Assembly: GCA_030637655.1 (NCBI GenBank)
Contig: DAOWGI010000099.1
Location: forward strand, 17,414 to 81,413
Reading direction: 5' to 3'
Source: a candidate division FCPU426 bacterium
GTDB lineage: Bacteria > Oederibacteriota > JAAXVQ01 > JAUVAV01
Length of the DNA: 64,000 bases
The position numbers and the translations under genes are program-made. Every line of letters starts with the position of its first letter. Position 1 is the stretch's first letter. Below the pieces are notes generated by a model. That model was not told the DNA's origin. It saw nothing but the letters and a program-made list of their open reading frames with translations, and made no database searches. Shown here one piece after another: positions 10,336 to 18,649 of the stretch.

Positions 10336-10516
10336 GTAACAGGTCGGTGAACTAAGGGGAATGAAAATTAACCGCCGATGAACGCCGATAAATACAGATT
10401 AAAAAAAAAAATTATCTCTTAAATTCTAAATATCCGCGTCTATCTGCGTTCATCGGCGGCTAATTTTGGTTCCGGTTTATCCTGATTAGGTTTTTTTCGC
10501 TTCACTGACATGTTAC
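10336..10516. mobile_element. MITE-like element, GTAAC family, cargo type B
   Basis: TIR GTAACAGGTCGGTGAA / TTCACTGACATGTTAC; flanks GTAATATC / ATAATATC (7/8 TSD); inner IR AAAATTAACCGCCGATGAACGC / GCGTTCATCGGCGGCTAATTTT. Confidence 0.8.
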
Positions 10517-10593
10517 ATAATATCATACCTTGACGAATGTTATAAAATCACTTAAATTGTGTAGGATTTTTTATTTTACCAAGGAGATATTCA

Positions 10594-11799
10594 ATGAGTT
10601 TTGATTTTGTGCATTCCAAACAACTCGTATTAGAACCGCAACCGGGTTCTCCCTGGGCGGATGAGATGGTCCTTAACCCGGCTATTATTCAGGATAAGAA
10701 CTCGCAACGTCTGCATATGTTATTTCGCGCGACCGGTCCCTGGCCGGAAAAACAATTGGCCGGTAAACCTCTGCCCTATCCTATTTTCCTGGGATATGCG
10801 TACAGTGATGACCAGGGTAAAACCTGGCAGCCGGACTTTTCTCAGCCGGCATTGAAACCGCAAGTGGAGTATGAAATCAATCGGATGTATATTCAGGATA
10901 CCCATGGCAATAAAGTTGTCAATTATGCCAATGGCTGTGTGGAAGATCCTCGTCTCTTTTGGTTGGAAAACAAATGCTATGTCATAGTCGCCTGCCGCCT
11001 GCTTCCGCCCGGACCATACTGGATTCATGATGAACCGACTCAATGCTCACCAGAGTGGATCAAGACACCTGAAAATCCTTTTGGCAAGGCAGCCTCGGAA
11101 AATGTAACCTGCAATGTGTTATATGAGGTGGATCTGAATGCTTTAAGCCGGGGTATATATGATCAGGCCTTTCGCTATGTTACGCAATTGACCAATCCGG
11201 AATATGGCGAGAACCGGGATGTACTTATTTTTCCTGAGAAACTAATGGTCAATGGAAAATCACAGTATGTCTGTCTCCATCGCCCGTATACACCGCAATT
11301 GTATCCTGCCATTAAAAATCCTATTAAACCATCAATTATGATCTGTGCGGCCGGGCGTCTCGAAGACCTCTGGCACGAAGAAGCCTCTCAAACTCTACTG
11401 GCTTCCCCGCTCTTTGCCTGGGAAATCAATCGGGTGGGCGGCAGTACTCCTCCCATCAAAATTTCCGAGAAAGAATGGTTGCTCAATTATCACGGTAAAC
11501 AGGATGCTGAAGTGGGATACACACAAGCCTTTATGATCCTGGAAGAACAAACGCAGGGTTTGCCCAGCGTAAAGCACCGCTGTCCTGATCGCATCCTCAT
11601 TGCAGATCAGCCTTGGGAAATGCCGCGTAAATTCAAGACCACCTGTGTTTTTACCACCGGCATGCTTGAATTAGGTGAGAATTTTCTACTAAGTTATGGA
11701 GCTGCGGATGAAAAGGCAGGCATTTGCCGGATAAACAAACAAGCCTTGATTCAGCATGTGAAGCAATTCGATGCCCATGGACAGTCTGTTAAGATGTAA
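10594..11799 (+). CDS. GH130-like beta-mannoside phosphorylase/hydrolase (5-bladed propeller)
   Basis: VLNPA, GCVEDPR, NRDVLIFPEK, LHRP, RVGGSTPPI, YHG, CVF, YGAAD; AAGGAG RBS. Confidence 0.8.
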   Translation: MSFDFVHSKQLVLEPQPGSPWADEMVLNPAIIQDKNSQRLHMLFRATGPWPEKQLAGKPLPYPIFLGYAYSDDQGKTWQPDFSQPALKPQVEYEINRMYIQDTHGNKVVNYANGCVEDPRLFWLENKCYVIVACRLLPPGPYWIHDEPTQCSPEWIKTPENPFGKAASENVTCNVLYEVDLNALSRGIYDQAFRYVTQLTNPEYGENRDVLIFPEKLMVNGKSQYVCLHRPYTPQLYPAIKNPIKPSIMICAAGRLEDLWHEEASQTLLASPLFAWEINRVGGSTPPIKISEKEWLLNYHGKQDAEVGYTQAFMILEEQTQGLPSVKHRCPDRILIADQPWEMPRKFKTTCVFTTGMLELGENFLLSYGAADEKAGICRINKQALIQHVKQFDAHGQSVKM

Positions 11800-11865
11800 A
11801 TTGGGGGACTGAATTGGGGTCGACTTTGTCAACTTAGCAGTTTAATTTTGCCAAGGGCTTTTCAT

Positions 11866-13548
11866 TCAGTCCCTATAGTTCCTCATTGCCTTAAGTAATC
11901 CATCATCATGATGATAGATATCATCATAGAATCGAACAATACCCTTAGTGTCAACCTCGGCTGTAAAATATTGAATGTAAACCGGTATTTCCTTTTTTAG
12001 CTTAATGACCTGGCAAATATAATTGGATAATGCCGCCTTAAGTCGGGTTTGGGTCCAAAACTGATGATCACGCAGAGCGTATTTCGCAAGGTCAAGCGGT
12101 TTCTCTAATCGTATGCAACCCGAACTAAAGCACCTTACCCTGCGATTAAAAAGTTTTTGCCGGGGCGTATCATGCATGTAGACATTATGTGGATTCGGAG
12201 TTCCAAATTTAATACGCCCCAACGCATTTTTTGTACACGGGATTTGTTGAAAGCGGTACGTGGTTCGGAATTCCTGGACCGCAACAGTCTTCCAATCAAC
12301 TGTTGCGGGATCAATTAAATGCCAGGACCGGTCCCTGAATTCAAGTACTTCGATCCGATATTTGGTGAAAAAATCCGGATCATGCCGGATTTTGCTTATT
12401 TTGTCTTGGAGCACTATGTTCGGGGGGATCACCCAATAGGGATTTAAGGTAATATACTCTATCTTATAATTCAATACCGGGGTTTGGCGTGTTTTCCTGC
12501 CAACCACGACTTTCATCTGCATAACAGGCTGCTTATACTCAATTACCTGCAGCATAAAAGCGGGGATATTCACACGAATATATTTTTTTTCCAAAACAGT
12601 GCTTTGTCTCCGCCACCGCTCCATATTAATTTTCAAGGTTTGAATAATCTCCGCCGCAGGCCGATTAAGCAATTTGAGCGTTTTTCCATCCAAAGCGCCG
12701 GTTACTGCCAGCCCATGACGTGATTGAAAATGCCTAATCGCCTGCTCAACCTCTTGATTGAAAAGCACATTCCGCTCATCTGCCGTTTGCTTCAAATCAC
12801 CGAATAACCGCAATTTCTCCCGGAGTATGGGAATTCTCCGATTATCACAATCACCCGGCTTCAGTGGCGGCGTATTCACAATCTGTAATTTATCCAATAG
12901 GCCGGCATGTTTATGATAATATGCCAATGTTTTGCGTAATTTCAAATACCCTTGATGCTTTGGTCTCAAATAAGTAAGCGATTCCCTTAAGGCATCAATG
13001 CTCATCGCTACTTTTATCAAATCCATTAATTGTTGATCGCAAGCATTGCCATACAGGACATCATATTCTGAAGGTTGAACAACTTGACCAAATGCCAAAT
13101 GACGGGCATAGAGAAAGAAAGCATCGGTCAAGAGTAATTCCAAGGTTGCCGTATCGTAATCATTAAATGCATACGATTTGCGTTGCTTGATCTGCCCCAA
13201 CATTTTATTTATTTTTTTCAAATGATAATCTCGAGGATTTAATCCATCCTTTTCCGCCTGACCCAGAATCGTTACCAGTTGTCCCGCATGCTCCCGCACG
13301 CCTTGCTTGGTGAACCAAACGGAGAAATAATCATTCGACATATAATATTTTTTTACCAATTCCGGGGTATGAAGTTGCGTATTACCGGCAAATCGGATTA
13401 AAGGCATCACTTGTAATCTCAGATTTTTCTGCAATTGTAGATTGACTTGGAAGGGTAATATTTGGGAGGAATTTGCAAGGTCATGTACTGTTAATTGTGT
13501 CGATAGTAGAAAAAGAGATGTAAGGATTAAAACTTTTTTAATCATCAT
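11866..13548 (-). CDS. YcbB/LdtD-like L,D-transpeptidase with scaffold and peptidoglycan-binding domains
   Basis: FQSRHGL..TG PG-binding motif; NMERWR, VNIPAF, VYMHDTP...FSSGCIRL. Confidence 0.92.
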   Translation of the reverse strand: MMIKKVLILTSLFLLSTQLTVHDLANSSQILPFQVNLQLQKNLRLQVMPLIRFAGNTQLHTPELVKKYYMSNDYFSVWFTKQGVREHAGQLVTILGQAEKDGLNPRDYHLKKINKMLGQIKQRKSYAFNDYDTATLELLLTDAFFLYARHLAFGQVVQPSEYDVLYGNACDQQLMDLIKVAMSIDALRESLTYLRPKHQGYLKLRKTLAYYHKHAGLLDKLQIVNTPPLKPGDCDNRRIPILREKLRLFGDLKQTADERNVLFNQEVEQAIRHFQSRHGLAVTGALDGKTLKLLNRPAAEIIQTLKINMERWRRQSTVLEKKYIRVNIPAFMLQVIEYKQPVMQMKVVVGRKTRQTPVLNYKIEYITLNPYWVIPPNIVLQDKISKIRHDPDFFTKYRIEVLEFRDRSWHLIDPATVDWKTVAVQEFRTTYRFQQIPCTKNALGRIKFGTPNPHNVYMHDTPRQKLFNRRVRCFSSGCIRLEKPLDLAKYALRDHQFWTQTRLKAALSNYICQVIKLKKEIPVYIQYFTAEVDTKGIVRFYDDIYHHDDGLLKAMRNYRD

Positions 13549-13754
13549 CCATCACTTCCTTTTCCCGGCATTCTAAGTATATCACATGAATGATGATTTG
13601 TTTTGAAACGGGCCGGATTGTAATATTTTTCCTAAAAATTAACCGCTTTCTTTTTAACTGCCCGTCTCTTATTTACTTTTAGTCTTTAAAAACAGTAGTT
13701 TTTTAGATATTTATTTTTCTCCCGTTAAACCTGCGTTTTTTCAATTTGCAATTA

Positions 13755-13989
13755 TTTACCCAGTGTAAAGCACCGCTGTCCTGATCGCATCCTCATTGCG
13801 GATCAGCCTTGGGAAATGCCGCGTAAATTCAAGACCCCCTGTGTTTTTACCACCGGTATGATTGAATTAGGTGAGAATTTTCTACTAAGTTATGGAGCTG
13901 TGGATGAAAAGATAGGCATTTGCCGGATGGACAAACAGTCCTTGATTCATCATGTAAAGCAATTTGATGCCCAGGGAAAAATAAAATAA
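13755..13989 (+). pseudogene. Duplicated 3' end of the GH130 gene
   Basis: Gapless copy of 11559-11781, about 92% identical by hand count; open frame ending TAA 13987-13989; no start or RBS. Confidence 0.9.
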
Positions 13990-13997
13990 TCCAGACA

Positions 13998-14024
13998 GTA
14001 GGGGCGAGGTTACCTCGCCCCTAC
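13998..14024. repeat. GTAG-type REP palindrome
   Basis: GTAGGGGCGAGGTTACCTCGCCCCTAC. Confidence 0.85.
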
Positions 14025-14031
14025 CATTTGT

Positions 14032-17000
14032 TTATTGCACTATCGCGATCTTGCCTTTACGTTTCTGTCCATTGGCCGTAATAATATAAATATAAATACC
14101 TGACGCTACCTGCGAACCGCTTTCGTTTTCCAGATTCCAGCGCACAAACGGCACATTGCTGTCCTTCTGAATAGTCTTTACCAATTGACCGCTGATATCA
14201 TACAAGCGAATCGTGGCCTGGGCCGGTACCCGGTCAAAGCTAACTTCCCTTTCCAGTTTGATATCCGAACGGTACGGATTCGGGTACACCACCACATTGT
14301 CCAAATCATTGGGCACCACATACAACGGTGTATTAGACGGAGTCGGAGATATCGTCGAGGACACGGTAATAGTCAGGGTCACGGTAATCGTAGGCGTGGA
14401 TGAAACGGTCGGTGTCGCTGTGCCGGTCCGCGTAATGGTGTATGTCGGCGTGATAGTAGCCGTAAGGCTGTTAGTGGATGTCAGAGTAACAGTCGGGGTC
14501 GCCGTATGCGTCCAGTCCGGTGTCACAGTCGAGGTCGGGGTGATAGTAGGTGTCATAGTAATACTGGGTGTCGGTGTGATGGTCTGTGTTATAGTGCAAG
14601 TTTCCGTAATCGTAGCTGTCAATGTTATGGTCGGTGTATCTGTGACTGTCGCAGACTCGGTGGACGTAGGTGTCACAGTGGCGGAAGGTGTTGCGGTGGG
14701 AGAAGGCGTAATGGTAGCCGAAGCTGTATTGCTGGGTGTGATGGTTGGACTCGGTGGTAACGCGTCGTTTTCATCAGCGCCCACTGCCCAGCTCACAGTA
14801 CGGGCTTCACGGTCAATATCATCACTTATCGGCAAATTAGCGTCACCGGACAGATCTACGCCCGCAAACCGGGCCACCCCATCAGCGGCTGCATAGTGCA
14901 AATCATAATCCGGGCCAATTTCATCCACAAACTCAGCATCCACATTGTCCAAAGATCCTGTTCCCGGTGCATCACTGCTTAAATCCGAAACATTATTTTC
15001 TGCTGAAGAAAAATCTCCTTCATAACCATTAGTACAGCCCTGGGCAATTGTGTTCTTGACGACAAACGTCCCGGTATTATTACGATAGCCATTATAACAG
15101 TTAAATACAGTAGTATTATAAATGCGCATGGTCGTGTCTGAATCTTCAAGATAAAAACCGCAGGACCTGTTATCGCCATTAAAGTCACAGACAATATTAT
15201 TCCAGATATAAACATTTCCGGCGCCAATACTCATACTTCTGACTCCCACAGCAGCATGCCGATCATGTGCGGTGCCGGCATAACCGCGAAAAATACAATA
15301 AGAAATCCGAATATCAATGGCATTGCCGACAGACCCGGTAATATCAATGGCTCTTTGGTCATTGGTGGAAGTGGCTGTCATTTGGAATTGCAGTCCCTCA
15401 ATCCGGACATTTTGGTCGGACAACTGCAGGCAATCGTCATTGGTCGCTACCAGCCGATACAAAGAATTTGACCAGGTTCCATTGTGGCGCTGGTTGGTTC
15501 CGGTTTCGCTGCTTAAGTAAGGTGTGTATATCCGGATATAACTATCCGCATCCGTGGTCCAGCCGTCCCAATTTAATCCGGTTGTATCCGCTGTAGTTCC
15601 GCTATAGCAGGCAAAATGCCATATTTCGTCATTGGTGACGCAATCCCGGTTGCCGTCGTCAAAAAAACGAACCACGGCATCAATGCTTGGATTCTCGGTG
15701 CCGGATTCAGCATTACCCAAGGTACGGTACGCACGCCATACATTCCAGTCTTGATTGCTCGTAGTAACCACCGGCAGATCCCCATTTGCCCTTTTGACCA
15801 AAAACGTGTTGGCATTAATTCTTTCGTAGATAAAGGCAATGTCATCAATTGCCGTGCCAACGTCATCTGAATCGTATTCAATGGCATCACCCACACCAAT
15901 ATCATTGGACACATTACCGGCAAACGAAGCGGTAAATTCTGAAATCGTCAGGGCATTGGCGCCTCCGCTATCCAAAGCAATAGTATTGCCCGGACCTATG
16001 GAACGATACCGGGCCGGCTGGTTGATCTCGCTGCCTACATTGTAAAAATTTCCGGGATTATTTTGATTATTAAATGAGGTGCTGATCCAATTGGCTGAAC
16101 GAACAACAGTGCTGATACGAACTTCATCAATTTGTCCGTCAAAAGATTCATTTCCGTTTCCTAATCGTCCCAGATTAACAACTTGAGTGCTGGTCGCTAA
16201 AGCATTTGTCGCAGCTGTGCCTAATGATCCCCCGTCAAAAAAACCACCTGCTGTAGTCGCATTAATGGTACCAACAATAAAATGCCAATTCGTTGTATAA
16301 TCTGCAACATCAAAAGCAGCGCTCGTACCACCACTACCTGTAACTTCCATGTCATTTACTTGGGGTAAAACTTGCAATAAATAGCCTGAGGTACTACTCC
16401 AATTTAATTTTTTCGCTATAACAGTATTATACACATTCGCTTCATCATCAGTTAAATTTACCCAGGCTGACATGGTCAAAGTCCCGGTTATTTGCAATGA
16501 AACATCATCCCCGGCATTAATATATTCATCAGAACCGTTGAAATTTAAAGCATTGCTAATTTGACCTATAACCCCATTTCCTGCATCCATATTTTGCGAT
16601 GAGCCGTGATTTGCATTTGCCGTACTTTCCTGAATATCATTTGCTGCACCGGTTGCCGACTGCAGGTGCCAAACAGCTGTAAAATTATTACTCCAAGTAT
16701 CGGCCGCATTCGGTTTGTTGGCAGCAGCATAACCGTAATACATGTATATGACCGTATTAACACTGCCGGATAGGTCTGTTTTCACCCAGGCTTCCAGCTC
16801 TTGATTTCCCGAATCAAAATGCACAATCTCTCTACTCAACTCAGTATCTTGAGCGGCATTGGTAAAAATGATGTCCATATTGTTTATCGTGGCTTTCTCA
16901 ACATGCCCGAAAAAGACCGGATCAATATCCACTGCTGTGATGAGCACCGGAAAATCCATCTCATTTCCAGCCACCTGACTATTTAATATGGTAATTTGTT

Positions 17001-17091
17001 GTTTGTATTTAAAATCATAATCATACCAGGCAGCATTGGCTGGGCCGGCAGAGAATATAAAAACGCAGAGCCACAACAATAGTTTTTTCAT
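14032..17091 (-). CDS. Secreted surface protein: DUF2341-like, LamG, beta-helix, Thr/Pro linker and T9SS-type/FlgD-like C-terminal domain
   Basis: Signal peptide (ANA-A); IYMYYG, FDGQIDEVRIS; TPT repeats; VYPNPY...LYDISGQLVK...WNLEN...VASGIYIY...KIAIVQ. Confidence 0.8.
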   Translation of the reverse strand: MKKLLLWLCVFIFSAGPANAAWYDYDFKYKQQITILNSQVAGNEMDFPVLITAVDIDPVFFGHVEKATINNMDIIFTNAAQDTELSREIVHFDSGNQELEAWVKTDLSGSVNTVIYMYYGYAAANKPNAADTWSNNFTAVWHLQSATGAANDIQESTANANHGSSQNMDAGNGVIGQISNALNFNGSDEYINAGDDVSLQITGTLTMSAWVNLTDDEANVYNTVIAKKLNWSSTSGYLLQVLPQVNDMEVTGSGGTSAAFDVADYTTNWHFIVGTINATTAGGFFDGGSLGTAATNALATSTQVVNLGRLGNGNESFDGQIDEVRISTVVRSANWISTSFNNQNNPGNFYNVGSEINQPARYRSIGPGNTIALDSGGANALTISEFTASFAGNVSNDIGVGDAIEYDSDDVGTAIDDIAFIYERINANTFLVKRANGDLPVVTTSNQDWNVWRAYRTLGNAESGTENPSIDAVVRFFDDGNRDCVTNDEIWHFACYSGTTADTTGLNWDGWTTDADSYIRIYTPYLSSETGTNQRHNGTWSNSLYRLVATNDDCLQLSDQNVRIEGLQFQMTATSTNDQRAIDITGSVGNAIDIRISYCIFRGYAGTAHDRHAAVGVRSMSIGAGNVYIWNNIVCDFNGDNRSCGFYLEDSDTTMRIYNTTVFNCYNGYRNNTGTFVVKNTIAQGCTNGYEGDFSSAENNVSDLSSDAPGTGSLDNVDAEFVDEIGPDYDLHYAAADGVARFAGVDLSGDANLPISDDIDREARTVSWAVGADENDALPPSPTITPSNTASATITPSPTATPSATVTPTSTESATVTDTPTITLTATITETCTITQTITPTPSITMTPTITPTSTVTPDWTHTATPTVTLTSTNSLTATITPTYTITRTGTATPTVSSTPTITVTLTITVSSTISPTPSNTPLYVVPNDLDNVVVYPNPYRSDIKLEREVSFDRVPAQATIRLYDISGQLVKTIQKDSNVPFVRWNLENESGSQVASGIYIYIITANGQKRKGKIAIVQ

Positions 17092-17227
17092 GGCAACCCC
17101 TCTTTTTTCCCTGCTAAAAAAACCGGGCAACCTTTTAGCTGCCGGGCTTTAGTATCTTAGTTCTCAAATTCGTGCTTTTTATGGCAGAAAATTATTCGCT
17201 GTAAAGAGCGCAAAAAATTTCTTTTGC

Positions 17228-17318
17228 CAGGATTAACAGAATATACGGGATTTTAAATAAATCCTGTCAATCCTGTTATCCTGTCAAATATCTTTGGTTC
17301 CGGCTTGTCCGGGTTAGG
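17228..17318. repeat. CAGGATT/AATCCTG hairpin repeat plus TTTGGTTCCGGCTTGTCCGGGTTAGG module
   Basis: The module at 17293-17318 matches the arm inside the 10336 and 50919 elements. Confidence 0.55.
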
Positions 17319-17331
17319 ATTTACCAAATCT

Positions 17332-18606
17332 CTATTCGTCCTCGTCAGCTGACCCATATTTCTTCACCATGGTCAATTGGTTGTAATTCGGCAGACTTTC
17401 ATATTTAATATTATCCATCAATTTATTTACCATAAATCCGCCTACACCCCGTTTGGAACCTTTCGCAGCCCGATATTTAATGGAAACATTCTTCTGCTTG
17501 GTAACATCAAATGGATCACCGTAATCCCGAATCTGAATCTTGACCTGTTTTTTCTGAAACATCATACTCAAACGCAGAATTTGCCAGGGATCAAAATCAT
17601 TGCCATGCTCAATCAGATTCAGAAGAATTTCATCGATGGCCAGAGCCACAGAATTGGTGGTTATCTCATCCATACCCTCTTGCGCGCACAGGCCTTCTAT
17701 AACCCGGCGGATGGTCGGCAAATAATTGACATCCGCGTTTATCTTCATCTCAATGCCTTTATATTTGGATTTGCGGCGCTTAACCGTGCTCCCGGTCTTG
17801 ATGATTTGCACATTGCCCCATTCATCCACATTAAAGGTCTCATCACACTCTTCGCAGCGATAAATTTCCGGCGCTTTTATGGTGATCTCAGCTTGGCAGG
17901 TGGTGCAATTCACTTTTAGGGGGAATTGAACTTTGTCCGCTTTTTCCTGGATTTCAAGCTCAACCGATCCTGTGTATTTACCATCCGTCACAGAGAGTGT
18001 AACTTTACCGGAAGCAGTAATTACTACTTTTCCTTCCCATATCCCTTTATTAAACCCATCTGCCTCTTTGGGAAAGATCATGCCTGAAGACACACTGAAG
18101 CGTATCATATCCATATAATCTTCCACCAACCGTTTATCTTTGTCACGAGCGCCAACGCGCATAACAAATTCTTCGCCGGAAAAGATTTCTTTGTCCATGA
18201 CAATCAGAAAAAAATGGTTCATCCGTTCTTCTATCTGCGCTTCAGCCTCCCATTCCTTGAGCCCCGGGCCATTCTCCACAAAATCCATCATGCTATCCAG
18301 ACCAATGGACTCAAACACTTTCATAATCTTTTTAGATACATTACAGGATTTGATATCTCCACCCTGATCTTCATACTCCCGGAAACGCTGGAGCATACCC
18401 ACAAAAACACCCACCCCGGCTGAGCTGATGTACTCTACTTCTTCCAGGTCCACCAAGAGACGATACAGCCCTGCTTCCAGAATGGTTTCCAATTTATTCT
18501 CAAAAGCCGGCGCGGTCTCAGAATCGATGGCACCTCTTACTTTCAGCACGGTTACCTCTTGATTGTACTGGCATTTATGATGGGACATTTCAATGGGTTG
18601 ACTCAT
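17332..18606 (-). CDS. STAS (anti-anti-sigma) + Ig-like + Zn-ribbon + RsbW-type HATPase fusion
   Basis: VDLEEVEYISSAGVG; CTTC...CEEC; EILLNLIEHG, IRDYGDPFD, RGVGGFMVNKLMD. Confidence 0.85.
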   Translation of the reverse strand: MSQPIEMSHHKCQYNQEVTVLKVRGAIDSETAPAFENKLETILEAGLYRLLVDLEEVEYISSAGVGVFVGMLQRFREYEDQGGDIKSCNVSKKIMKVFESIGLDSMMDFVENGPGLKEWEAEAQIEERMNHFFLIVMDKEIFSGEEFVMRVGARDKDKRLVEDYMDMIRFSVSSGMIFPKEADGFNKGIWEGKVVITASGKVTLSVTDGKYTGSVELEIQEKADKVQFPLKVNCTTCQAEITIKAPEIYRCEECDETFNVDEWGNVQIIKTGSTVKRRKSKYKGIEMKINADVNYLPTIRRVIEGLCAQEGMDEITTNSVALAIDEILLNLIEHGNDFDPWQILRLSMMFQKKQVKIQIRDYGDPFDVTKQKNVSIKYRAAKGSKRGVGGFMVNKLMDNIKYESLPNYNQLTMVKKYGSADEDE

Positions 18607-18649
18607 AACAGATTACTCTCCTTGTATATAGTACCCGCTAAAAAAGTGC

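Noticed and set aside
14213-14896. Val/Gly-rich ORF, and likewise 19411-20546, 27233-28072 and 49941-50783
   Set aside because: Antisense or off-frame shadows of real genes, several with low-complexity repeats
17092-17230. c-di-GMP or other riboswitch
   Set aside because: No recognisable aptamer consensus; only a terminator-like hairpin
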